Shown here piece by piece: positions 26,831 through 39,925 of a stretch of 64,000 bases of DNA (positions are counted from its first letter, which is position 1; every line of letters begins with the position of its first letter). The stretch covers positions 35,836,001-35,900,000 of the forward strand of contig CM075977.1 in assembly GCA_038087875.1 (NCBI GenBank). The letters are read 5' to 3'. Made by a program: the position numbers and the translations under genes. Below the pieces are notes generated by a model. That model made no database searches and had not been told where the DNA came from. It worked only from the letters and a program-made list of their open reading frames with translations. The stretch is from Malacoraja senta. Lineage: Eukaryota.

Positions 26831-28834
26831 ATACTCACTGTACAACATTTTATTTTTCAATTACTTATCCAATTCTCTTTTGCAAGTGACTATGAAATGT
26901 ATTTCCATTTGCCTTTCAACAGTGCATTGTTGGCTACATCAGCCTAATGTCTGTAAAGTGTTCCTTCCCATCTCCTCTCAGTTTGTTTTGCCAACTACAG
27001 ACCATCCCCGGGTTACAAACATTGAACATGGATACTCTTACATTAAATCGAGCATTATATTATTATTAAATTCAAAAGAATGACATAAGTACGTGTTCCT
27101 ACAAATGGCAGAGCTGATTTCCTCTCTCTCTCTCTCTCTCTCTCCACTTTTACAAATTTTTCTTGTTTATTGGACTTAAGTGTTTTGATGCCACTCATTA
27201 TAATACTGTGTGGATATGGTTACCGTAACGTGATTTTGGTGCGTTTTCCAACTTATGGACAAAATTAATTTATGGAAGTCTGTAAAAATGAATCAGTTCA
27301 TTACCTGTGGACGCCCTGTAGCTTATAGTGATTACGGATCGAACAGCTGATCGAAAATATTTCACTTTAAACAAAAACTCTGTCAAAATGCAATGTGACC
27401 TAGATGTTTGAGGAAAAGGTTTGAGATGAGATATACTAGTTCCCATGTTATAATTCAATAAAATGACATCCCTCTTCACCAAGTACTTCACTGTACATTA
27501 GGTTTAAGCACAGCTTACAAGAGAGCGCCTTGAAGATTAAAACAAAAATCTGTCATTCTTTTTTAAGCTTGTTGCCTTTAAATGCACTCAGCTGCTGCCT
27601 TTGCTGCTGTATGGGTGATCTCACTGCACCACTCTCAGGAATCGTTCAGGAAAGCACTGGAGGGAATCCTGCCAGTATCTCGCTCTATATGGCAAAACAG
27701 GCAAAATAGGTTTGAAGTTACGGCAGGTTCAAAACGATGTGTGGCACTCACCTTCCTGTCAATGAGCAAAATATCAGTCTTTGGGTGTTTCAAATTCTTT
27801 GCTCTACTAACTATTTTGAGTGGGTTAATGCCTCTGCTGAAATAACAGAGGGAATTTTCAGCTGAAGGTGGCAAATGTTCAAACTGCAGTATCCCATAGA
27901 ATGACTTAGGGGCCTAGGTTTTTGCATAAGCTATTAAACTACAGCCGAAGGAATTTATAGAACATATTATGCCAAATATATTTAAACAATTGATCAGCTT
28001 TCGTCACTGTAAACCCACGTCTGTGGATACATGTGTACATGTAGCAATAAAAAAGTTAAGGCTCCCTTGAACATCCTTCTTTGTACAGGACAATGTGCAT
28101 TTAGTGGGTTATGCACAAAAATAAAATTTTGGGTTAGCAAAAATATGCCAGTTAAGAGACAGTGCCGACAACAGGGAACAGACTATTCCTATTTTGAAGG
28201 ACAGGAAAATATTGGAGATTAAGATATATAATGTAGACAAATGCAGTCAAAGCAACACTTGCTGGGGTTACTTACTTTGGGCTCACAAATCAATTTATGG
28301 TGCCCTCCTAAACCAGAACTGCATCATCTTTGCACCAAAAAGACCCACAAAATTGGTTGAATACAAAGATTCTGAAGTACTGTATTACCCATATTTTTTA
28401 GAAGAAGGAGAAAAGGCAGTTGAAATCATCCCATGTAATGCATGGTCTTGAAAATACACAAGAACTGATTGTATTTATTAAGTCAAGAGAGAATTGGCTA
28501 AGTACCTGCTGAAAATATTGATAGAGGGTTATGAGCATTATTTTAGATATTATACTTCTGCAGTGCTGGGAGCAAGCATACCTTTCCTGGCCCCTTTCAT
28601 TCCTGTGTTCTTACAATCACCCTTTTGGGGATTAATGCAATTACAAACTATAAGGTCTGATATTCCACATTAATCAACTTAACTAAACCCTTTCAGCCAA
28701 GGTTCAGAAGTGTTAGGTAATGGTAATATTTTATTTAATTCGGGAAGTCTGACATAAGTGGTACATTGAAGATGATTTTCTGATGAACAGATCAGTTGAT
28801 CAATTGACACCATCATAAGTTTACACAGGGAGAG

Positions 28835-29410
28835 AAAGAGCTTATATTTATATAGTGCTTTCTCGGGTGAAGAGCTTCGTACCCAAGGAATTACTTCTGA
28901 GTATGGTCGCTGTTGTACTGTGTGGTAATGCAGCTGACAATATATACACTGCAAGGTCTCATAATCAGCAGTGAATTAAACAATCATTCAAATATGTTTT
29001 CAGCAGCATGCACTGCCCAATTCTGATGATACATTGTATCCCACTTCCAAATTACATCTCTATTGTGCAGTTAGCTAACGTGATCACATTTATACTGAAG
29101 ATTTGATACTGCAGGTTGATTGGGAAAATTGGCTATTAGTATGGAGAAGGGTGCCGAGCCAAAACATTGTTTGTCCACTTTCTTCCACTCATGCTACCTG
29201 GCATGCTGAGTTCCTGCAGCAGTTTGCTTTTTGCCCATCAATGTGCTCCTTCAATGAGTGTCATGGTATGTTTTAAACTGCCACCTTGAAGGACAGACAC
29301 TCAATTTAACATTTCATTTGAAAAGACAGCACATCTCATTGTAGATTTTATCTGCACATTCCTCAATTGAGCTTTTAACCCATCATCTTCTGACTCAAGG
29401 CTAAGGTGAT
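28835..29410 (-). mobile_element. Old Deu-domain SINE interrupted by a Penelope-like tail (about 29140-29235)
   Basis: atttatatagtgcttt, gtcgctgttgta.., caaggtctcataa.cagcagtg, tttaacatttcatttgaaaagacagcac, cttctgactc. Confidence 0.55.
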
Positions 29411-29605
29411 ATGAACAAGTTCCTTGTCCAGTGGTTTATCAGCCTAAAGATAATTGTGTGTGTGGCAAGGTGCTGGTGGTTTGCATAATTCTGTCCACAG
29501 TAATATTTTTAAATTTTGCTTTATTATGTCAAGGAGAAAGATTTCAGTAGTGGAGCACAGAGCCTAATTTATTATCAACCATTCTCTGGTGAAAAGCAGA
29601 TAGTT

Positions 29606-29899
29606 GGCACGGTGATGCAGCAGTAGAGTTGCTGCCATCGAGCGGCAGAGACTCAGGTTTGATCCTGACTATGGAGTTTGTATGTTCTCCCGTGACCTCC
29701 GTGGGTTTTCCCTGGGAACTCCGGTTTCTTCCCACACTCCAAAGACGTACAGGTTTGTAGGTTAATTGGCTTGGTAAAATAGTAAATTGCCCCTAGTGTG
29801 TCTAGGATAGTGCTACTGTGTCCTGATCGCTGGTCGCCATGGACTCGGTGGGCTGAAGGGCCTGCTTCTGCGCTGTATCTCTAAACTGGATGGTAAACT
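29606..29899 (+). mobile_element. HE1-like V-SINE
   Basis: tRNA-like A/B boxes (ggtgatgcagcagtag, ggtttgatcc), V domain ggagtttgtatgttctcccgtgac, CR1-like tail ctgtatctctaaac. Confidence 0.85.
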
Positions 29900-29980
29900 G
29901 AAGACAGAACAAGAAGCCACAAGCAATAAGCACACTTTCAAAAAGTTGTTTCCCATTCCCACACTAACCATCCTTGTGTG

Positions 29981-32105
29981 AGACAATAGACAATAGGTGC
30001 AGGAGTAGGCCATTTGGCCCTTCGAGCCAGCATCGCCATTCACTGTGATCAAGGCTGATCATCCACATTCAGTACTCCGTTCATGCCTTCTCACCATATT
30101 CCCTGACTCCGCTATCTTTAAGAGCTCTATCTAACTCTCTCTTGAAAGCATCCAAAGAATTGGCTTCCACTGCCTTCTGAGGCAGAGAATTCCACAGATT
30201 CACAATACTCTAGGTTGAAAAGTTTTTCTTAATCTCCGTTCTAAATGGCCTACCCATTATTCTTAAACTGTGGCCCCTGGTTCTGGACTCCCCCAACATC
30301 GGGAACTTGTTTCCTGCATCTAGCGTGTCCAATCCCTTAATAATCTTATATGTTTCAATAAGATCCCTCTCATCCTTCTAAACTCCAGAGTATACAAGCC
30401 CAGCCATTCCATTCTATCAACATATGACAGTCCCGCCATCCCAGGAATTAATCTTGTGAACCTACACTGCACTCCCTCAATAGCAAGAATGTCCTTCCTC
30501 AAAATTGGAGACCAAAACTGCACACAATACTCCATGTGTAGTCTCAAAAGGGCCCTGTACAACTGCAGAAGGACCTATTTGCTCCTATACTCAACTCCTC
30601 TTGTTATGAAGGCCAACATGCCATTAGCTTTCTTCATTGCCTGCTGTACCCCAGATCTCTTTGTACTTCCCGTTTTCCCAGCTTGACACCATTTAGATAA
30701 TATTCTGCCTTCATGTTTTTGCCACCAAAGTGGATAACTTCACATTTATCCACATTATACTGCAACTGCCATGCAACTGCCCAACCTGTCCAAGTCACTC
30801 TGCATCCTCATAGCATTCTCCTCACAGTTCACACTGCCATCCAGCTTTGTGTCATCTGCAAATTTGCTGATGTTACTTTGAATCCCTTCATCTAAATCAT
30901 TGATGTATATTATAAATAGCTGCAGTCCCAGCCTTGCGGTACCCCACTAGTCACTGCCTGCCATTCTAAAAGGGACCCGTTAATCCCTACTCTTTGTTTC
31001 CTGTCTGCCAATCGCCCTACCCCCAATACCATGTGCTCTAATTTTGCCCACTAATCTCCTATGTGGGACCTTATCAAATGATATCTGAAAGTCCAGGTAC
31101 ACTACATCCACTGGCTCTCCCTTGTCCATTTTCCTAGTTACATCCTTAAAAAATTCCAGAAGATTAGTCAAGCATGATTTCCCCTTCATAAATCCATGCT
31201 GACTCGGACCGATCCTTTTACCGCTATTGCATATTTTATAATTGATTCCAACATCTTCCCCACCACCGATGTCAGGCTAACTGGTCTATTATCCCCTGTT
31301 TTCTCTCTCCCTCCTTTCTTAAAAAGTGGGATAACATTAGCTACCCTCTCCGATCCACAGGAACTGATCCTGAATTTATAGAACATTGGAAAATGATCAC
31401 CAATGCTTCCACGATTCCTATATCCACTTCCTTAAGTACCCTGGGTAGCAGACCATCAGCCTTCAGTCCCATCAGTCTACCCAACACCATTTCCTGCCTA
31501 ATGTGAATTTCCTTCATTTCCTCCGTCACCCTAGATCCTCTGGCCACTAGTATATCAGGGAGATTGGAACCGTCTTCACTACGGAAGACGCAAACAAAGT
31601 ACCTGTTCAACTCGTCTGCCATTTCCTTGTTCCCCATAATAAATTCACTTGTTTCAGTCTTCAAGGGTCCAACTTTGGCCTTAATGTCACATACCTAAAG
31701 AAGCTTTTACTTTCCTCCTTTATATTCTTGGCTAGCTTACCTTCGTACCTCATCTTTTCTCCCCGTATTGCCTTTTTAGTTATCTTCTGTTGCTCTTTAA
31801 AAGTTTACCAATCTTCTGGCTTCCCGCTCATCTTTGCTGTTATACTCTTTTATTTTTATACTCTCCTTGACTTTCTTGTCAGCCACGGTCGCCCCTTACT
31901 TCCCTTGGAATCTTTCTTCTTCTTTGGAATGAACTGATCCTGCACTGTCTGCATTATTCTGAGAAATACCTGCCATTGTTGTTCCACTGTCATCCCTGCT
32001 AGGGTATCTTTCCAGTCAACTTTGGCCAGCTCCCTCATGGCTCCATAGTCCCCTTTGTTCAACTGTAATACTGACACTTCCAATTTTCCCTTCTCCCTCT
32101 CAATT
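29981..32105 (-). mobile_element. 5'-truncated CR1 LINE with RT remnants
   Basis: ORF pieces RPVSLTSVVGKMLE, KGKSCLTNLLEFF, VVYLDFQ..FDKVPH, SKFADDTK, EYCVQFWSP; same tail as the copies at 22725 and 46368. Confidence 0.95.
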
Positions 32106-32574
32106 GAGATTAGCAGCTGCTGCAGTTTTACATTAAGTTCTAAAGTTATAGCTCCAGAATTCACACCTATAAATTAAAAAGAAGCCCTTTTTGAGGATCA
32201 CGAGTTAGCAAGTTAAACAAAAGTTAAGCACCTGCAAGAAGGTTGTGCACAACAATAACTAAAAGAAATAGGCAATCACATTGCACATAATAATGATTCT
32301 TTAACATTTTTAAAACTATTGAGAAGCAATTTTGTATGTCGTGTGAACTTATTTAATGCTATGATGGAAAAAAGAGCAGGGTGTGTAAATACATTAATTA
32401 CTCCAGGATGAATAAGAGAAGCATAATTAAGTGCTTCTATAAATTATACAAGAGTGCTCAGAGAAGTGTGCTTAGTCAGAGGGTTGAGGTTCTAATCCCA
32501 TGCTGGATGCCTTTGCAAAAATATCTAGGCTGATACCTCAGTTCAATACTGGGGAAGCTCTCTTAAGGGTTATG

Positions 32575-33100
32575 GAATCATGGAGTTATACAGCATAGAA
32601 ACAGACCCTTCAGTCCATCTTGTCTTGCTGACAAAATTGGCATACTGGTCTAATCCCAGTTCCCTGTATTTGTACCCTTGCCCTCTAAACCCTTCCTATC
32701 CACATATCTGTCCAAATATTCCGTAGCTTCCTCTGGCAGTTTATTCCAGACACGGTCTATCCTCTGAGTCAAAAAGATGCCCCTGAGGTCCCGAAGGTCA
32801 TTGAGTCATACAGCATTGAAACAGGCCTTTCGGCCCAACTCATCCATGCTAACCAATATGCCCAATCCAAGCAAGTTCCATTTGCTCACACCTGGCACAT
32901 ATCTCTCTAAACTTTCCCCATTCATGCACCTGTCCAAATAACTTTTAAACGCTATTATTGCACCTGCCCTCACTGCTTCATCAGGCAGCTGATTACATAT
33001 ACCCACTACCCCTCTGTGAGAAAACGTTGCCTCTTACGTTTCTACTAAATCTTTCCTCTCTTACCTTAAACTTACGCCTTCTAGATCTTGATTTCCCTCC
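32575..33100 (-). mobile_element. Two adjacent or nested CR1 3' fragments
   Basis: Tail motif catacagca..gaaacag.ccctt occurs twice (about 32585 and 32808). Confidence 0.75.
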
Positions 33101-33921
33101 CCTGTGCAATGCCAACCAAGTAAGAGAGTGGTGCCTAGGTAGTCTCATAACTCACTGCAGGCTTCTCTGGTACCTCCCAAAGTCTGTGGGAGTGTGTTTA
33201 AATCAAGCTGTGCCTAGCAATGAGCTGCTGAAATGCTCTAACAATGGTGTCTGATGCTGAACCCTAGGGCACCACGTCTTCCTGTATTTCTCTTCTGAAC
33301 ATTATATTCCCAAACTTGGGTTTTCAAAGCTGTCAGCAATGTGCAGGAAGATCTGAGCCATACCTCTCCATCAAAACAGCTACAAGGAGAGCCATACACA
33401 AATCAGGATATTGGTGGAAAACAGCATAGGTCCTCAGAACATGACATTAGTCCGAGGGGAGACTTCATCACTGGCTGTATGATCTTGCCAATCACTGATT
33501 AGAGTCGGTGCCAGAGGAAGAGGAGCAAGGAGATCTGGAGCCTGTTGGGCATGAGGCAGAGCCTGGAGAGCACCAGGATTGAGAGGAAGAGGGCAGTTGC
33601 TCCAGATGGCATATGCTCCAAACATCTGCTGCCTCATCTCCCAACTGAGCAGAGGAGAGACAGGTGTTGGTTGCCTAGGATTAAAGAGAGACACTTTTCA
33701 CAAGCAGACTGCAAAATAATGTTCTCTAGCCTATAGCGCGTAACTCCACCCTCCAATCATTAATATGAACATAATATGTCAATAATCAGGGGCTGAGGTG
33801 TGGATGGGGAAGCAGACTCACCTGCTTGTTTGCAGGTCCATCTGAAACATTTATAACACATGGATGAATGAATCTGTGATTCAATTGTTGAAATGGGGCT
33901 TGATACTTTTCATTACAATAT

Positions 33922-34127
33922 ACAATCAATCAATCAATCAATCAGATTTATTCATCACATACACAATAAAGTGCAGTGAAATGAACTTGCCAGCAGCGGT
34001 ACAATCAAAAAAGAAACACAAAACACAATACAAATTTAACACAAACATCCACCACAGCATTCTTCACTGTGGTGGAAGGCACAAAAGTACAGTCAGTCCT
34101 CCATTTCCCCCCGTGGTCGGGGCCATA
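33922..34127 (-). mobile_element. LINE 3' UTR ending in (GATT)n, Rex1/L2-like
   Basis: Minus strand tttcactgcactttattgtgtatgtgatgaataaatc(tgat)n, with the same architecture as the tail at 37560-37640. Confidence 0.6.
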
Positions 34128-34967
34128 AAGTACATTAGACAAGTGGAACCTTGCTTAATAAATTCAGATCTGTGCATCAAAGTACACATTCTATTAGGAT
34201 TTCTACTCAGTGGTATGCAGATGATAGTGAAATACTGTGTGTGATCATGAGATGTCTTTCTACATTGCTCCTGTGTGCAAGGATTCTCATTTCTAGAGGA
34301 GATTAATGTAGCTACCTCTTGGTGAATCTCCTGGCCCTCCGCACACACGACCTTTCTCCTGTACATCCCTATGAGTGAAAATAGTTGTCTTCCTATCCGC
34401 TGCAGCCTCCCTGTGTTGGTGCTGTGTGGTAGTGCGCCTTTAAAGGCGGATGCCTTTTTCTGAATGCAGAATGGCAAAACAGCGTGGTATGGGCGAGGTA
34501 ATGTTTTCGATGTTATCCAACATATTGCCATTGCAAACGGGTTGGGCACATCTCTAACTTATTATCATTGGCCATTCATATCAAATGCAATTATATTTTA
34601 GCACACTCATATTTCTATGCATGTATTGTGAACGGCAATACATCTAACCTAAAAATAATCAATGCAAGAAGTAATTTCCATGAATTAGCTCAACCTGTCT
34701 CAATATTATCACTCTTCTTAAAGCCAGCACTGACACTTTTTACGAAGAGACGTCAAGAGAAATGTTAATAATATACAAAAAGGCAAATGTAGATCCTTCT
34801 CCAAAACTAAATTTGCCGAGACAGCAAAGACTTTTGATACTGGTGGAAAGTAATCAAATTATTCTATGTGTTGCATTGTTGCGATATTCAACTACGACTC
34901 CATAACTAGTAATTGTGTACTGGAGCTTGGAAAAGCAAGGAACGGGACAATTAAAAATATACTTACA

Positions 34968-35150
34968 AAAGGAACTGCAGTTTCTGGAATCTTGAGCTGA
35001 ACACAACATACTGGAGGAACTCAGTGGGTCAAGTAAAATCTGTGGAGGGAATGGACAGACCCAGTCTGAAGAAGGGTCCTGACCCGAAACTGTCTGACCA
35101 TTCCCTTCTCAGATGTTGCCTGACCCACTGAGTTCCTCCAGTACTTTGTG
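34968..35150. mobile_element. Penelope-derived inverted-repeat element with hammerhead-like core in the loop
   Basis: Arms ctggaggaactcagtgggtca...ggaatggacagac and gtctgaccattcc...tgacccactgagttcctccag flank CTGAAGAAGGGTCCTGACCCGAAAC. Confidence 0.7.
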
Positions 35151-35863
35151 GAAAAACATGCTTAGATACACAAAAATGTACTATCTGCTGCACTAAGGCA
35201 CAACACAGAGAACACACTTTCTGCATAGTGGCACATTTCATTTATCTATGTTCAAAGAGCTTCTGACCAGGTCATATCCTAGGTCCCATGTCCAGGGCTC
35301 ATCTGCTGATCACCCTCCCACTAGGCTGGACTATTCCAACTCTATGTCTTTCCCTTTCTTTTTTCTAACTTTCTTCCTCATGATTTATTTCTTTAGACAT
35401 GCCAATGTCGATGCTGTTGGTATTAGAAGTTAATAGAGCCAAGTGAAAGAAATCCCGAGATTCTCAAATTCAGTGCCAATAAACTATGGTTTGTGATCAC
35501 ATGTCCAATTCAGACTTTGTATTTGTCATGAAATTCATTTGCTTTACTCTGATGATAAGTTTTATGTAATTCATCTGCTCTGAGGAGCCTTAAGATCAGT
35601 CAAAACGGTACATTGCAGGAGATTTCATCGTTTGGAAAAGCCTCAAACATTTCAGAAATGAGCTCAGAAGATCTGGTGCTCAGGTGAATATTTATCTGTC
35701 ATCCAACAACAGATAACTTGGTTGTTCACCTCATTGCTATTTGTGGAACTTTTACAAATAACCTATAACTTTTCCTTTAAACTACCCCCCTCTGAACTTA
35801 AAGCTCTGCTTTGACATTTGACATTTCCACTCTAAGAAAAAGGTGGCACGGTGGCGCAGCGGT

Positions 35864-35995
35864 AGAGTTGCTGCCTTACAGCACCAGAGTTGCTGCCTTA
35901 CAGCGGTAGAGTTGCTGCCTTACAGCACCAGAGTTGCTGCCTTACAGCACCAGAGTTGCTGCCTTACAGCACCAGAGTTGCTGCCTTACAGCACC
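35864..35995 (+). repeat. 6 x 22-bp tandem repeat AGAGTTGCTGCCTTACAGC(ACC/GGT) within the SINE head
   Basis: Counted directly: five ACC units and one GGT unit. Confidence 0.95.
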
Positions 35996-36210
35996 AGAGA
36001 CCTGGGTGTGATCCTGACCACGAGTGCTTGGCTGCATGGAGTTTGTAAGTTCTCCCGTGACCTGCGCAGGTTTTCCCCTGTTTCCTCCCACACTCCAAAG
36101 ATGTGTAAGTTTGTTGGTTAATTGGCTTGATAAAATTGTAAATTGTCCCTAGTGTGTGTAGGATAGTGTTAATGTGCGGGGATTACTGGTTGGCAAGGAC
36201 TCAGTAAGCT

Positions 36211-37640
36211 AATAATGAAGTGTTTTGAACGCCTGGTGAAACCCCACATTACTGCCAGCCTCCCCTCATCGTTAGACTATCGCCCCAACCGTTCTACAGA
36301 GGATGCCATCTCTACCACGCTGCACACAGTGCTCACGCATCTGGAAAACAGAAACACATACGCCAGAATCCTGTACATTGACTTCAGCTCAGCGTTCAAC
36401 ACCATCATCCCACAGAGACTTGTGGAGAAACTAACCCTGCTGGGCCTCAACACCACCCTGTGTCACTGGATCTTGGACTTTCTGACAGAGAGACCGCAGT
36501 CAGTCCGTGTTGGCAAGAACACTTCAGGCTCGATCACGCTGAGCACCGGCTCCCCTCAAGGCTGTGTGCTCAGCCTGCGGTTGTTCACATTGCTCACACA
36601 TGACTGTGCTGCCAGATTCAGGGACAATAAGATCATAAAATTCGCGGATGACACAACAGTGGTGGGACTCATCAGCGGAGATGATGAATCAATGTACAGG
36701 GAGGAAGTAAAACAACTAGTGGACGTGCGGCAAAAATAATCTAGAATTAAATGTCGACAAAACAAAGGAGATGGTTGTCGACTTCAGGAGGGCGCAGCCA
36801 AAGCATACACCCTTTAACATCAGTGGCGCCACAGTGGAGAGAGTGGAGAGCATAAAGTTCCTCGGGGTGCAAATTACAGACAGCCTCACCTGGTCCAGGA
36901 ACACCACTGGGACCGTCAAACGGGCCCATCAGCGACTGCACTTCCTGAGGAAACTAAAACATGCCTCACTCCCCACCAACATCCTCAGGACTTTCTACAG
37001 GGGTACGGTGGAGTCTGTACTCACGTACTGCATAAATACGTGGTACTCCACCTGCAACTGCTCGGACAGGAAGGCTCTGTAGAGGGTAGTGAGGGGAGCA
37101 GAGAGGATCATTGGTGTCTCCCTACCCTCGGTACAAGAACTGTTCCAGAGCCGCTGTCTGAAAAAAGCTCAAAGAATTGCTAAGGACAAACTGCACCCCC
37201 TCCACATACACCTGGATCTCCTGCCATCAGGCAAGAGATATCGCAGCATCAAAGCCTGCTAAGCAGCTTCCTGCCATATGCTGTGAGGCTGCTAAACAGC
37301 CACTCTGTACTCACAGTCACCTGATTCTGCGGCTTGGCACGGGCACTTTAATAACTGGCACTGGCCACTTCAATAACTGGCACTGGCCACTCAAATCAGC
37401 CACCCCGGACATGTTTATGATTGGTTTTACTGTATTTTAACATTGTTTTTACCTACTTTTTAACTATTTATACTGTTCCATCAGGGACTCGATGGTTTTT
37501 AGTGTTATTATGTGTGAAATGTTTTAAATTTCATGTGCGATGCTCCGGTATTCCCTGGGAAACGTCTTTTCATTTTGCACTGTACAACTGTTGCTTGCAA
37601 GATGACAATAAAGGTTGATTTGATTTGATGATTTGATTTG
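36211..37640 (+). mobile_element. 5'-truncated Rex1/Babar-type non-LTR retrotransposon
   Basis: [64 protein letters not shown]; 3' end AATAAA followed by (GATTT)n; few disabling mutations. Confidence 0.9.
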
Positions 37641-39349
37641 AAAAGGCCTGTTTCCGCACTGTATCTCTAAACTAAACTAAGATTGAAATAAGATGATAAT
37701 TTAAATGGTCAAGTGACTGCAATAATGAGATAGATATGAGCATGCTTATAATGTGGAGGTAGCTTTGGACTGGTTACTGATGGATCACTCTTGCAATTCT
37801 CCAACAGAATTAGTCGGCTGGACAAAACTAAATACTCCTCCAAACTATGTGATGTCTGGCCAATCTTCATGTAGTTTTGTATATTTCACGATAGCAAATC
37901 CAGATGTGTGTAACATTACTTAAAGCAATACACTGGAGGACTGATTGTCAACACGAGCAGTTTAACACCAGAACAGCGGTAACAACCATGGTGTTTACAA
38001 TGATGATTGCAGCTCAGCAACTCAGAGGTAGAGCAGTTAAATCTGTAAGGAGTATACCACTTCTGCTGAGGCCCAAAAGTGAGTGTATGTAGGGATGTTG
38101 GGAGTGTATGTTGGGAAGATACTGTAGGTGTGGGAGATGTAATGTGGGGAAACCCAAGGCTACCCACTTTGGGTCGAAGGAGGAGAATCTTCATCCAGAA
38201 CATTGGGTGTTCTTTTTTTCATCAGCAGCAGAGGAGATGTTTTGGGCAAACCAGCGACAGGCTGATTATGACCATCCCTGTTCCTTATCCATGGAAAGCA
38301 TAGTGTGGAGTTCTGACCACGGAGAGCTGACAGTAGATTTGCAACAACATCAAGGTCTGTTGCAGGTACAGATTACTGGTTTTTCTGAAGAGAGGGCGGG
38401 TGATTGTGAGCTCTGTCAGTTAGGCAGTAGGCTCGACAGGGGAAAATTTACAAAGTCCATCACACCCATGAGCCTTAAATATCATTAAACTAATATGCCT
38501 TGTGATCAAATACTATTTTCACCATGTCTTAATTTAGAAAAGCAAATTCAGCAGCAGTCATGAAAAATGCACTTCTTGGTTAAAAACCAATAGAACAGCA
38601 ATAAGGTTCAATTTCTATTGACTAAATCCATCTTGTCACTAAACATGCATTTTTCAAAGTGCAATCAAAACATCAACAATTCCCCCCACACCCTGTAGAT
38701 ACTGCTTGACCTGCTGAGTTCCTCCAGCAAATTTTTTTTTTTCAATTGAACTAGTTGAGAGTGGGACATTTAATTTGTGATTCCGGGTTACTATAACTAA
38801 AATGATTCTTCCCTCGTTAATTAGTTTGTGAATCTCTCTTTGGAGGAGCAGAAGATTGGCTCAATGTGAACTAATATCATTAATATTGTTTTGTGAAAAT
38901 TCCACATATGTAATCACATATTTTTCTTCAACTTTCAGTTTTGGTTTAAACCTAGCAAATTAATTAATTTTATTGTTGGTAGGGACATTTGTTTCAGGGT
39001 TAGTAGTGATGAATTGCGTCAATAAATTCACCATTTTATTGCCCTATTTTATAAAATTCCTCTGATCAGAAATTATCTCAGGATCTCAGGCTCCATTTCA
39101 AAACCATTCCAAGATCTGTATACACTCTAACTCGTGCCATACTCACTCCATCCAATCACTGGTCTTCGGGTAACATAACTGCTTGTCCCATCTTCACACT
39201 AGTACCACCCTGAGATGTTTGTCCCCATTTGAGCAGCACAACTGTATTACATTATAGAAAGTCAAAGGAAGGGCCACAATACTGACATTTCTGCACAGTT
39301 AGAACAGCATCTTCAAATGAGAGCAAATACATGGTTAATCAGTGGTCCA

Positions 39350-39402
39350 AAAGTTACTGTCCAAGGTGCATTTTACTGTAAAGTTACTGTCCAAGGTGCA
39401 TT
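39350..39402. repeat. Tandem duplication, period 30 (aaagttactgtccaaggtgcatt x2)
   Basis: Directly visible. Confidence 0.9.
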
Positions 39403-39596
39403 GTTCCTTTTTTAGCCTTGTGAAATCAGAATTGTGCTGTCTGCTTCACAGCTGAAATGTATTGAATGGCATGGTTGATGTATTTGCTTGGCAACATTGA
39501 GCTGGTTACAGAGAGGTGCCGTACATTTAAGCTCTTAAGACCCGTTTCAACCCCATGCTAGTTATTAATGCTGCCAATCAACCACCAGTCAATGTG

Positions 39597-39925
39597 CAGC
39601 ACAGTGGCACAGCTGGTAGAGCCACTGCCTCATGGTATCAGAGGCCCTGGTTTAATCCTGACCTTGCGTGTTCTCCCTGTGACCATGGGGTTTTCCTCCA
39701 GGTGCTCTGGTTTCTTCGCACATTCCAAAGATTTGCGGGTTAATTGGCCAATGTAAACTGCTCCGAGCAAGTGAAGGATGGAATCTAGGGGATAGCTGGG
39801 AGAATAAAATGGGATCGCGTATGATTGGTGAAAAACTGGATGGTTTACAATCAGCACCAGTTCCTATCATTGCCTTATTAGGTCCTGTTTCCAAGCTGTA
39901 TGACTTCTCTAGCACTGAAAACTAA
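39597..39925 (+). mobile_element. HE1-like V-SINE
   Basis: gtggcacagctggtagag A box; gttctccctgtgacc..ggttttcctccaggtgctctggtttc V domain. Confidence 0.75.

Larger units (their letters stand above)
35845..37680 (+). mobile_element. HE1-like V-SINE split by a Rex1-like LINE insertion
   Basis: SINE body 35845-36210 aligns with the 29606 copy; its tail aaggcctgtttccgcactgtatctctaaactaaac resumes at about 37641. Confidence 0.85.

Noticed and set aside
33822-33841. 20-nt micro-exon (tttcag|...CAG|GTGAGT)
   Set aside because: Poor polypyrimidine tract and frameshifting; expected by chance.
34064-34549. 161-aa ORF
   Set aside because: Non-ATG start, no recognisable domain, and it overlaps a LINE tail.
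35864-35995. CRISPR-like regular repeat
   Set aside because: No unique spacers; it is a head-to-tail tandem repeat inside a eukaryotic SINE.
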